A stretch of DNA of 40,012 nucleotides from Octopus bimaculoides (GCF_001194135.2 NC_069000.1:20459195-20499206), one strand, 5' to 3'; numbered from the stretch's first letter, positions 1 to 11,646 are shown. Notes: a model not told the origin generated them from the letters alone. Program-made: numbers and translations.

Positions 1-261
1 GTTCCTCGCGAATGAAAATAATCTTTAAAGGAAAGCACTTTGCAGATGTGAAAGAGGTGAAGAAAAAAACAACGGAGGCCTTTGAAAAGCATCATTTCGC
101 GCAAGTGTTGCAGCTCTGCTTCGAACAATGGAAAACGCTTCTGGACCGATGCATTGCTTCAAATCGAGAATAACTTGAAAGCGATAGAAGTGTAAACATG
201 TAAAACTAAGCGAGTAAAATAATATTGCAAAATTCCGGTTTCTTTTGGGTACCCCCTTGTA
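1..261 (+). mobile_element. 3' end of a mariner DNA transposon: frameshifted transposase C-terminus plus right TIR and TA target
   Basis: Frameshifted translation gives RMKIIFKGKHFADVKEVKKKTTEA...CFEQWKTLLDRCIASNRE*LESD, matching the mariner C-terminal pattern (LKGKRF..VEEVK...CFEQWK.R..KCI...GEY.EGD). It ends in attccggtttcttttgggtacccccttg (232-259) plus TA (260-261), whose reverse complement TA-CAAGGGGGTACCC is a mariner-type terminus. Confidence 0.85.
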
Positions 262-316
262 TACATACATACATACATACATACATACATACATACATAC
301 ATACATACATACATAC
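260..316. repeat. (TACA)n microsatellite
   Basis: Perfect tetranucleotide run beginning at the mariner TA target site. Confidence 0.97.
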
Positions 317-534
317 AAGATTGATGGTGTGTACATACACAATCACATGAAGTAAATGTTAGTATTTTTTATCTTCAAATTGAATTTAAAACAGCCGGCA
401 ACTTTCACGGCGGGAGTCAACAGGGCAATGCTCGGTCAGAGTCCGTCGAGCTTCTATGAAGGAAATTTCAGTGTCACAGAGACTTTTCACTACTGTTTAA
501 TAAGAAATGCTTCTAACTAAGACCAGTAATAATA

Positions 535-578
535 TGAGAGGTGGGTGCTAGTCGATTGCATCGCCCCCACTCTCAAAC
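535..578 (-). mobile_element. Short degenerate fragment of SINE family 1 (3' part)
   Basis: gggtgctagtcgattgcatcgcccccactctcaa resembles the gtcgattacatcgaccccagt.ctcaa-type segment of minus-strand family-1 copies at ~21845-21875 and ~23650-23680. Confidence 0.35.
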
Positions 579-1060
579 GCTATAAAATAATCAAGCATTC
601 ATTAGTTGTTTACTACACCCATTGTGAACTAAATCATTCAAATTATCTTTTCAAGTATAGATGGAATATTTTCACGCAAGTATTATCCTATTCCATAGTA
701 TAATACTCATGAAATATGTATTATACCGTCACCAAAGATTATAAACCACGCAAGAAACAGCATCGTATCGTTAGTATTCAACGTCTCATAGACAGGCAAC
801 ATAATTTGCTTATTAAGTTCGGTCACCTAAACTTGCTCTCTCATTTTGACTCATTAAATAAGGTACAAATATTTACAACACTTTAAAACCAACTTTCTCT
901 TCCGCCTTGTGACTCCTGTCTTCAAACGCTAAAATTAGTATTTGATACTGAAAACATTTTAACCGTGAGCCATGGAATGCACAGACAATAGCCATTAAGA
1001 AATATAGGATTATTCTTACTTGAAAACGAAATGAAACATTTCCATTGGTTAAACATTCTA

Positions 1061-2196
1061 CAGCGTGCGAGAGCTATTTGAGGACATACATGGCAGTTTA
1101 TAAAACGACTTTAATGAATTTATATAAAAAGTTGTGCACATAACCTCCTTATATGATCGTTCAATGAACCTTTCAGCTTCAATGACTGCTTCAGCGCGGA
1201 ACTGAAATCTTTGATATGCCTGCATTAAATGGTTCTTATGGCGATTTGCAGTGGAGGTGTAGTACTGTGAGGATGTCGAGTAGTCTCCTTTGCATTAACT
1301 TTCCAAATGCAGTAGTTCATTAGATTTAAATTTGGCGTTTGGAGCCCACATGTTTGATGTTACACGAATTTAAAAATTGTCCAACACCCATTTATGAGCC
1401 GCATGGGCTTTGTGAGATATTTCTGAGTTTTGTTGAAATATGTATAGCCTTTCAGTGCGTACTTCGTCCGTAGCTTAACATAGCTTAACAACTCTCTCTA
1501 GCAGTATTACTTCTTAGAGCCTGTGGAAAGATGAAAGACCTTCGATCCTCACCACTCCTAAAGCCATTGCATTTTCTGTAAACTAAGAATGCACCACTCT
1601 CGAGGAGATCTGCACAGAATCAGCAGTCATTTCTTCTATTTGACTTTTCGTCTTATTCGAAGATTTTCTCATCAGAGAAGAATCAAATCATGTTATTTCG
1701 TGGAGCTTTTTAACCTTATTAAGTAACCGTTTGGCACAAATCATACGGTTTTTCTCTGTCTTTGCACGCATGAATTGGTAACTCTTCAGTACATACGACG
1801 TATATCTAATGTCCACGCGCACCACAGTTCTGACAGTTCACTCCGACACTTCGAGTTCTTTGATGATGGCCCTCATTGATTTTCCGGAATCATCATCGAT
1901 TATGTCATGACTCTTCGATAAGCTAAGGTGTACATTTAGTGCCCACACGTTTAGAATGCTTTTTTTCTCTGTAATACAGTCGAAATAATCCTACCAGAGG
2001 CTTCCAATTCCTCCAAATTTTGTGATTAAAAAATCTTGCAACACTTGCAAAGCAGGCAATCTTTACAACGCTGTGCTTCACACAAATAACGGCAATGACT
2101 GCATTCTTTTTCATTCCTTATGTTAGCATTTTAATTGGCAGCAATGTAAGTCTTTTATCTGACACTTAAGCGTTCTCAAATATCCATAGAACCCTG
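1061..2196 (-). mobile_element. Complete but inactive maT/DD37D-type Tc1-mariner transposon
   Basis: TA at 1059-1060 and 2197-2198. Degenerate TIRs cagcgtgcgagagctatttgaggac versus cagggttctatggatatttgagaac (18/25 identical). The minus-strand transposase relic starts at ORF 2114 (MKKNAVIAVI...) and carries IDDDSGKSMRAIIKELEVSE, FFSDEK (~1666-1682), YIFQQN (~1428-1445), WAPN-PNLNLMNYCIW (~1305-1350) and FRAEAVIEAERFIE. The spacing between the 2nd and 3rd catalytic positions is 37 aa if one 2-nt deletion is restored. Many stops and frameshifts. Confidence 0.85.
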
Positions 2197-2485
2197 TATG
2201 TAGATTAACACTATTCTGACACCATTCTTACACTGACGTTTATCATCATTTTCCAATTCAGCTGCATATATATGTGGGTGTATGCCTGAACAGAAGGAGA
2301 GAGGGAAGAGCATAAGGAGAGGGGGAGGACAGAAGAAGAGCAGAAGGAGATGGGGAGAGTAGAAGTAGTGAGAAAATCGACAGAGTGATCAACAAATGCA
2401 TCAGATAAGAACGAACGAGTGGACACACATACATACATACACACACACACATTCATTCTTATACATACACACATACATACATACA

Positions 2486-3250
2486 TCACACTTTGAAGGC
2501 TATGCGTTTGCAATCCAGGAACAGGAGATTGCCACAAAGTAACTGGTGAACAAGGGAGGCAGTGACGCTCTTGTAATCCCAAGGTGCAACTGTATGTGTA
2601 GGCTACGTCATGTTTCTGTGGAAGATATTTCGCATGTAATTAGTAGTTGTCCTAAAACGTCGTCACACTACGACTTCCCTATGCAGCACAATGTTGTTGC
2701 TAAAACAATTTACAATGCCATCCTCAATAAAGATTGTCCTGAAAGAGACTTAGAAAATCCCTCAGTTATGGAATACATTCATAAACACTAACTCAAGGAG
2801 TACTGGTAGAATATTCCTATCAAAACGTCTGTTAAATGTAAGCATAACAGGCCGGATATTGTTGTTTGGAACAGAGGAGCAAAGGTATGTACCATCATAG
2901 AGGTTAGCTGCCCTGCAGATATAATTATCTCTTTGGAAATCAAAGAAAAAGAGAATATCTATGGACAACTGATTCGAAACCACCAGATTCTATATCAACA
3001 CTATGAATTCATATTCATATCAAGCACTAGGTTTTGTTAGTAAATTTTTAAAGGAGAATCTGGATAAACTGGGGTTTTCAGAAAGAGAAATTGACCGGCT
3101 GATTCGTACATTACAAGCTCAATCTGTGAGTGGAACACTAAAAATATGCAGGACTTTTCACAAGTTAACTACATCCCAAAGATTGGAGCCTTGTATCTTT
3201 GTTGGAAACTGGTTCCCTCCTCAGTGGAAGATTTATAATTGAAAAATACA
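2486..3250 (+). mobile_element. 5'-truncated RLE-type (R2-superfamily, probably R4/Dong-related) non-LTR retrotransposon, family B, copy 1
   Basis: Reads SHFEGYAFAIQEQEIATK, the zinc knuckle CRLRHVSVEDISHVISSCPK, a degenerate RHD (QHN), KCKHNRPDIVVW (RPDIVVW at 2849-2869), IIEVSCPAD, KEKENIYGQLIR, ALGFV and LIRTLQAQSVSGTLKICRTF. This is a PD-(D/E)xK restriction-like endonuclease C-terminus. ORFs 2546..2791 and 3003..3242 are parts of it. Confidence 0.88.
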
Positions 3251-3538
3251 AGATATATATATACATACATGCAAACTTGCATTCGTGCGTACGTACACAC
3301 ACACATATATAAGTATTGTTGTCTGTTAATAATTCATTCTTATTATTCAAAATCTGATTAAGTAAACTTCTTAATACGGAGAGTCGACATTGTGTTGATA
3401 TAATTTATTATTAAGGTGCTTGGGTTATTTTAAAAATCATGCCCAGTAAAGTATACGTTCTAATGCATTAACTGATCTTCTCAAAGCTTTTGTGAAACAT
3501 ATCAGCTGAAATGATTAAAAAGAATGAGCATATACATA

Positions 3539-3540
<2 letters not shown>

Positions 3541-3584
<44 letters not shown>
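3541..3584. repeat. (TG)n microsatellite
   Basis: Perfect dinucleotide run. Confidence 0.97.
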
Positions 3585-3585
<1 letters not shown>

Positions 3586-3952
3586 TGTGAATGTATATAT
3601 GTCTGTGTATGTATGTACGTATGTTTGTAACGTATGTATGTAACTATGTACTTATGTGCGTAATGTGTTTGAGAATTTGTTGTGTGTTGGGGAAAATAGG
3701 ACTATGTTTTTTGTCTTGTTACTAAGGGCTTACTAAGAGCCACTTCAAATTTTTTCGTAATTTCCATAGAGATACTTTCAGTTTTTGTTACATAAAGTTT
3801 CCAAATCTGTCATCAAGTATTCTGCAGAAAATGCTGTTGATTCTTTTAGAATCTTTACTAAACTAAACAAAGAACCCAGGAAAACTTTGACAACATACAT
3901 ACATGCATACATTCACGCATGCACGGATACATACATATTTTCATACATGCAT

Positions 3953-4010
3953 AAGTATGTATGTATGTATGTATGTATGTATGTATGTATGTATGTATGT
4001 ATGTATGTAT
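3953..4010. repeat. (TATG)n microsatellite
   Basis: Perfect tetranucleotide run. Confidence 0.97.
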
Positions 4011-5800
4011 ATGATGAAACAACTGTGGAATTATAGGAAAATGATTAATTTCGGTATAACTGAAACAGTTAAAAATCTAAGGACTGTTATAGAGTAAAGT
4101 TGCAAATGTGGAGACATATAGTGTAAAAGAAAAGTTTATATATAAATAGAGATATATATTTGTATTTACAGAAAATATTCATTTACATTATAAGTGGTTA
4201 ACTATTAAGTTATAGTTAGAAATGTAGTTATGAAAATGTATGTATATTTCATCAATGGAATTAGATAGTGCTGTGGTTGGTATTTATCAAATTATTGGAT
4301 AGGTATTAAGATAGGAATGCATACTTATTGATATCGTAAGCAATGATATAAATGAATTATTACAAAGTTATGATAAATGGAAAAAAGTTATAGTATAAAG
4401 AATAAGCGCGGAATTTGTGATAGTAATATATGAAAGAAAATTATATGTGAATAGTTATTTAAGTGACTGCTAACTTGTAAAGTTACTAAGTTACGGGATA
4501 TAATTGATATCAGTGAGGATTGCATACATTTGAGGATACCTCACGGTTTATTCCTGTTTGATGATACAATATTATTATTTTCTGAACTGTGGATTTTAAG
4601 AAATATTAACAGATAAAAAAGAGATAACTTACTACCACATATCACATTACGATAAACCAGAGCTATATCAAGTTTTCTTTTACGATTTAGGGCTAATTTC
4701 GTCAACTTGAATATTCTTTCCAAATAATTAATCAAGTATCATTTCCCCGATAACTGAGCTGTCATTCTTTAATACATTTAATAAGAAAGTATTAATAAAC
4801 AATTTCTCTGCAATAAAATTATAAACATTAATGTTGAAGTAAAGATATTTTAGTCGCAACAGGCGATAAAATGCGTAATTATAGACTTCATGATTTTTTT
4901 ATCGTTCTTATATCTGTTTTGCTGGGTAAAGAGATAGCAATACTTTGTTTTCCTTGAAATACTATGTATTTGTAACTATAACTTGCCTCCTGCTGTTACT
5001 GGTGTCCTATGTTGTGCCAATGTATTAAATCTTGAGAAAAGTGTTATCTATGGAATTAAATTGCAGTCAATATTTCACTAAGGAGCACTTTCTACATCTT
5101 ACAAATCTTCTTTAATGTTTCCGATAATTATTCCTTAGCTAATCAAACTCATTCTAACTCATTAAAACAAATATGATACTACCTGTATTTTACGATACAT
5201 TGAGAGTATTTACAAAATCCTAAGGTTAATAAAATTCAGCCTATTTTAACTCAAGGCGATATTAAAACTAGTAAGATGATAGCTAACATGTATACTCCAA
5301 GCTACTGGCTTTCAATTATAGGTAAAAGTCAATTCATGTAACTGTCACGAATGATTCTTTTGAAAAAGTACGAAACGCACACCAAATACAATGCAATACC
5401 TACAATTCAAAACCAGTCGACAGTTATCACATTTTGAGAATAATGAAATAAGTGTATAAAATACATTTTTATTGACTTATACATTTCTGCTACAAAAACA
5501 TTTGCTGAGAGAACGTATTATAATCATTACATTTTTAGTGAGCTTCGTATTCTGGCTAAACCTGAAGCGTCAGATGTTTTTGCAATCACCTATCTGGCAT
5601 ATGAATTACAATGATAGCAATACAGTGTGTCAAAACATGATACACATTCCCTCATTAGTAATATAAACCAGCTTCGTTGCTCTTACAAATAATATTTAAT
5701 AATGTACACATACAAAACAGAAACACATCTTATATGGAGATCTTCCATTTTTTTTTCACCTTCACTCTAAAATTATTTTACTTTTTAACTAGCTACTAAT

Positions 5801-5801
5801 A

Positions 5802-5867
<66 letters not shown>

Positions 5868-5945
5868 CATGTGTGTGTGTGTGTGTGTGTGTGTGTAGGC
5901 ATATATACACACACACACACACATATGTATATGTATATATATATT
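5801..5945. repeat. Compound (TG)n/(TA)n/(CA)n microsatellite
   Basis: Alternating dinucleotide tracts; the source of ORFs 5789-6146. Confidence 0.95.
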
Positions 5946-6088
5946 CCAAGTATAATAGTAATTTTTATCGCCATCATTTATTAATATCTCCATCGCCTTC
6001 TCTTTTTCATCGAAGTCATCGTTATTGTCATGCGCCGTACTACCATGACAGAAAGCATAGTATTTTGCATATCTATATTTCTCAATGT

Positions 6089-6284
6089 TTGCACGCCGGG
6101 CGAAATGCTTCGTAGTTTTTCGTCTGTCTTTACGTTCTGAGTTCAAATTCCGCCGAGGTCAACTTTGCCTTTCATCCTTTCAGGGTCGATAAATTAAGTA
6201 CCAGTTGCATACTGAGGTCAATCTAATCGACTGTCCCCCTCCTCCAAAATTTCTTATTTTGTGTCTAGAGCAGAAAAGAATATT
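6089..6284 (+). mobile_element. tRNA-derived SINE family 1 (Octopus-SINE-like), 5'-truncated, tail type A
   Basis: gcacgccgggcgaaatgctt...B box gagttcaaattcc...gtcgataaattaagtaccagttg...tail agagcagaaaagaatatt; high similarity to the copies at 23592 and 23821. Confidence 0.9.
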
Positions 6285-7642
6285 AGTATTTCCTAATTTC
6301 TTAGCAAGCATTCTTTTACAAAACTTAAATCAGTTTGCTGTAGAACTTCTCTCTCTTTCTCAATAAATTTAGGGAAACATTCATAACTGTTAAACAACAT
6401 ACACTTCACAGACTTTGTTATTTTGTCCTATAAATAATATCAGTCGCAGGTGTTTTATTGAAATTTCTAAAGCAATAATATTCCTTCAAGTAATAACTGT
6501 ATATTCTTTCGTAATAATGTCTCCTGCAAAGATAATGTCGTAAAAGCACTTTCAGTCAGCTAATTATTTAATTACTACCTTCCAGCCACACACCGCATGT
6601 AAGTATGTCCTGCAATATTTATTTCAAAATACATGTTGTTTAATCACTAAATACCAACCTTGTTGACAAAATAAGAGTTTGGCTAAATAACAAAGCATTT
6701 GGGGTCATTGCGGATTTCCATGATTCCATTAACTAATAACATATTTGCAGTTTCTTTGAAATAGTTACATGGACAGATTATATTTACCCCCAAAAGCACA
6801 GTAACAAAATATGTAACAAAGGTTGAACTATACGAAAATAAAACCTTTCCTAAACATAAAATTAGTAAATTTACCATTAGTCCTTCCTTTAGGTTTTGCA
6901 TTTTTTGGAGGGGTGGGTGAGAATAATTTTTTTATGCTTTTATTTTTCATACGTTTCAGCCCTTAGGATGCAGACATGCTGGTGCACTGGTTATTATTGT
7001 TGAAAAAATTGCATAATTTCCTGAAATTATGCGACAACGTTTTCTTCTAAAGATTTGTGGGTCTAGAAGTAGCTTGTTATGTCCAGTTATTCTTGCTGTA
7101 CATCTGATAAGACAATAAAATTGTTGATCACATGTATAATTTCTTCACTCTGTTGTCAATATATATACATTCAATCTCCATTCGTCTGTTATTTATTATA
7201 TTTACTCTACACCAAGACTTCATCAAGGAATTTGATCATTGGTAAATAATTTGAATTGAGAATTACCCAACAATAGTATCCAGTCAGTATAATTGATGTC
7301 TATGATGATGGATTATTTGTCTGTTTTGAGCGATTCTATTTTGCCAATTATTGGTGTCATACACATTGATGTGCCTCGTTTCTTAATTAATCCTTTGTTG
7401 TTTATATATAAATCTTATATATTTGAAACAAAATTCAGACACTCCAATCGTTTTGCTGGTTCATCTTCTGACCAATAAATCCGCTTTATATCATTGACTT
7501 AAAAGTAAACCAACCTAATTTACTTTTAACAGCTGTATTTTTATTATGCAATCATTATTTTTGTTCGTTTGCCTGTATGTGGACTGTGTAATCACAAGAA
7601 TTTTAGATTTAAAAAAAGTAATATCCCTGAATCTGATTCCAG

Positions 7643-7706
7643 CAATCATTAACCAAGACGACTCGGCATCAATCTGAACAGCTCGAAGGTCTTACGAAGG
7701 CTACAG
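7643..7706 (+). CDS. Candidate internal exon (64 nt), QSLTKTTRHQSEQLEGLTKAT
   Basis: Acceptor ctgattccag|, donor CAG|GTAAAG. Only frame 0 is open. The acceptor is weak and no homolog is confirmed. Confidence 0.2.
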
Positions 7707-7863
7707 GTAAAGCCTCTTTCCTCTGGTCTAATAAAAATTTCATTGCTCCAGTTCACGTCACTAAAATATATTGACATGAAGTGATTTTCATATATTATCA
7801 GCTTTAAAAAATAGTAAGGGCAATTGATAGCAATTTCAAACCTTCCTCACATAATGTTTGTCA

Positions 7864-7957
7864 GATATTATTATTGTTGTTGTTATTGTTGTTGTTGTTG
7901 TTGTTGCTGTTGCTGCTGTTCTTGTTGTTGTTTTTATTGTTGTTGTTGTTGTTGTTA
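7864..7957. repeat. Imperfect (TTG)n/(TTA)n trinucleotide tract
   Basis: Direct reading; source of ORFs 7824-8091. Confidence 0.95.
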
Positions 7958-8339
7958 TGATTACCTCATATACAGTGTATTGCAAACGTTTAAGGAATAC
8001 AATGTTCTCATACCGTGTTCTCATGGTGCATATCAATATCAGACCGCCTTTCTGTATCAAACACAAAATATGTCATAAAATTCAAATATAAAATTCAATA
8101 TTCAGCCCAATGGTCTTAACTGGAGACTGCTTACTTTGAATTTGTTGCACTAAAAGTACAAAAAAAATTGTGTGTGCAAAAACCAAACAGAACAACAGAA
8201 ACAATCAAATCGGCACTTGATGAAAATGATGACAATCTAATGGGTCAAATATTCCCCTTCAAATCTCGCAAATAGAACGAAAAAAAGGATAAATGGATAC
8301 GAGAGATATGTTTCTGTTGTACATGCATATCTTACAGAT

Positions 8340-11210
8340 GTTCACTCACCACAAAGCGAAAGCCCTGCCAAAGATAAAAACCAACGATAAAATTGTAAAC
8401 AATTGATAAACATAAACTTCTTTGTCGCAGACATAATTAAAATCGATTCAAACATCAACATTACCAAACCATGTGAATTAATATACAGAGGAACCAAGAG
8501 TATTCAAAATACAAGTAAAGAACATAGAATGTAAGTATCCAGAAGAAGAAAATACGAGAAAGGATTCTAAGGAAAGTTTTCAATGAAATCAAGACTAAAA
8601 TAACACGACAGACAAGAGGAAAGAGAGACAACAACTACAGAAATATAACAAAAAAACTGAAATCCGTGTAAAATCACAAAGAATACAACAGTATGGAAAA
8701 CGCCAACGATGTTTTGAATAAATTATACAATTCAATTCAAACCCAAAAGTGATTGTATCAACAACCCTGGTAAAAATAAAATAGAAGCCAATGCAGCACC
8801 AGCGGTAAGAGAAATAGAATTGGGGTGGGTGGAATCAGCACAAAAAAGATTGGTGAAAACAGCTAACATAGTATAAGAACATCTTTGGACGACAGAAGTT
8901 ACCCATAACAGAAGAAGCAACTCAGACATTGAAGAAACCCAGACGGAGGATTGAAAGGCACCCAACATAACAAATCTCCATCTTCTGGTTGAAATATTTA
9001 ACAAGGTCACGTAGAATACTGGTAGAGAAACTTGTGGAGGTAAAGGCAACACCGAAATGATTCGCTGAAGGGGAAAACGGTCATAATCTCCATATCTACA
9101 GAAATCACATAGCCTCAAAACTACAGATCCTTGAACCTACAAAACTTTCACTGCATTAAAATATCGCGAAGAAAACAACAGTTTCCAGAAGAGCAGAATG
9201 GATGCTGCAAGCGCTCGTATTGCCGTAAAGATCAATTACTAGAGAATAAAGCTCTACCTGAAGACTGTCGCATGGTAAAAGAAGGATTTGAAAATGGTAT
9301 GGATTGATTATCGGAAGACTTTTGATAGTATTCCTCACAGGTAGATCCTGAAAACACTAATAATGATTCAGGTAGCACCAATAAGAAAATACGCGAAACG
9401 TGTCATGAGTAAATACTGAAGAGTTTTGCAATTATAGACAATAGAGGACATTGTTAAAACTAAACCCATTCCCATTAGACGAGAAATATTCAAGAGGGTC
9501 AACATCTCTCCATTGCTTCTCTGTCTAGTTTTAATGCTTTTGATCGACATCCTAGATAAATGCTATAGTAAGACTGTTGGCCGTCTTGTTACACAGACTC
9601 TCTCAAGTTGTATACTGTAAATTATAAACAACTCGAAACTGTAAGACACAAATTTACTGAATTAATAAATATGAGATTCGGATTAGAAAATGTGCCAAAG
9701 TACCTACAAGACAGGCAAATTAATTAAGAATATTAATATCATACTAGATAATGAAACTGAGATAAGAAAATTAGACTAAACACCAACAGACAAATACTTA
9801 GGAATCAAAGAACTGGGCAGTGTACAATACTCACAAGTGAAAGAAAAGATTAAGAAAGAACATTATAGACTAATCAAACTAATGTTTATAACAGCTAAAT
9901 GCAAAACAGAAATATTTTCTGGCTGTCCCAGTTATAATCTACAGATTAAATAGTCTCAACTGAACACTAAACGAACCACTAGAGTAAACAAAAAAAATCA
10001 ACGAAAGTAACGTCTGCATTTAGAATACATCTCCCAAAATTTAACATTGAAATCTATATTTAACACGAATAGAAGGTGGTAGGTGTCTGATACCAATAGA
10101 AAAATATTACAAAATGAACATTGTAAGACTATCTATTTATTTAGTGTAGATTCATGGAAAATTAATGCATAAAGCTACCAAATATGAATAAAACAAAACA
10201 CTATTTTCTGTTTTCAAGGGAGCAAACATATGCAAAACAGAGCTGCAATAACCAGCTAACTATGATGAAAATGGAGAAACAACAACAGAAATCGTGAAGC
10301 AGATAATATCTGAACTAAAATCAAGACTACACAATGCCATGATAAAAGGGGGTCCTGAAAAGTCCCTATTTATCCAATACTGGAAAAGGCTCAACAGAGT
10401 AGTTATAAACAAAAAGGCCTAACACTAATTGAAAAGTGCGGGACTCAAAGCAGAGACTGAAAGTTTCTGGACTACAGCATAAAACTACAGAATTCTCTCC
10501 AGACATCAACGGAAGCGTATAACGTAGCAGAATGCAGTAACCACGTGATAGGTAAAGACATGGAAGAGCTTATTAACTATAGTATCGATGGCTGCCCAAT
10601 CTTGGCCAAGAATGAATACATGTACAGACATGACAGAGTTAGGACTACATGCACTTGAAGTTGCGCTAGCATTATGAACTACCAACAGAAAAGAGATGGT
10701 ATAGACATATACCAGAAATGGTCTCCGAGAATGGCAAAGAAACCATACTCTGGGATATGCTAATACACGTAGACGGGAGATTAAGGCTACGCGACCAGTT
10801 ATTGTTGTCAAGTACCACTAAGAAAAGAAATGCCTCCTAATTGACATATTAGTCCCAACAGATGATAATGCGTCTCGAAAAAGATGGAAAATGATCTAAA
10901 TGTAAATAAAGAAACGGAGATAACCCAAATGTGGAGTCTGTAAACAGAAACAATTTCTGCAATGATAGGTGCTTTGGGAATGATAAAAATAAAGATATAC
11001 AGACAAATGCATAACTACAGCCCCAAGACTTACAAATATGCATCTCATACAGAAAGTAGCACTGGCAGACACCGAATGTATATTGCTAGCGTATTTTCAA
11101 TACAGCAAAAATAACAAAACTGTAACAAAACACTGCGCATACCCGAAGCACACACAGCTGGACTCGCTAGTGCAGTGAAAATACACAATAAAAATAAGAC
11201 TACTGAATAA
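8340..11210 (+). mobile_element. Near-complete, heavily decayed R4/Dong-like non-LTR retrotransposon (RT + zinc knuckle + RLE), family A
   Basis: Motifs appear in order across frameshifts: PEEQNGCCKRSYCRKDQLL (~9185-9240), WIDYRKTFDSIPH (9300-9338), PIRREIF...SPLLLCL (~9470-9530), YTDSLKLY in place of YMDDLKLY (~9590-9613), MRFGLEKCAK, KYLGIKE (~9791-9811), EGGR, GLKAETE, GCPILAKNEYMYRHDRV (~10590-10640), ILWDM, CLLIDILVPTDDN (10831-10870), MIGALG (~10962-10979). The 3'UTR ends in ctactgaataa (11200-11210). The 5' boundary is uncertain and could extend to ~7960. Confidence 0.88.
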
Positions 11211-11252
11211 TGGTGGTGGTGGTGGTGGTGGTGGTGGTCGTCGTCGTCGTCA
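11211..11252. repeat. (TGG)n(TCG)n trinucleotide tract at the 3' end of the R4-like element
   Basis: Direct reading. Confidence 0.95.
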
Positions 11253-11646
11253 TGGTCGTGGATGTGTAATGGATGATAGACAAGGGGGAGCATCAAACAA
11301 TGGAATCTTCCGCTTCACTATTAACTGGTAATCTTGTGCCAATCTAATATCTCAACATTATTACTATATTAAGGGTATTAAAAAAATCAATAACAGTAGT
11401 ATGTTAGAATGCTTTTGAGGGCATAATTTCCCTGTTTAAATGTCAATGAGACGAAGATTCACTAAAGAATTCACCGATGGAGTATCGACAGTTTTTTTAA
11501 CTAGACTCGTCTCTTCAACAGACCTTATCCATTCATTTCTACAATGCCAATTAGCTCTCTCCATGGCAGATGCTCTGCAATTTTATGAGAGTTTTAGCTA
11601 GTAGATGTATATCGAGAAATTAAACTTGTATATTTTTCACATGTAG

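Noticed and set aside
3780-5400. Possible ancient Penelope/LINE relic (DSF, FDDT, KSVIY hints)
   Set aside because: Only 3-5 residue hints with no consistent motif order; insufficient to call.
6960-7010. Strong acceptor catacgtttcag| at 6959
   Set aside because: All frames stop within ~20 codons and no convincing donor follows.
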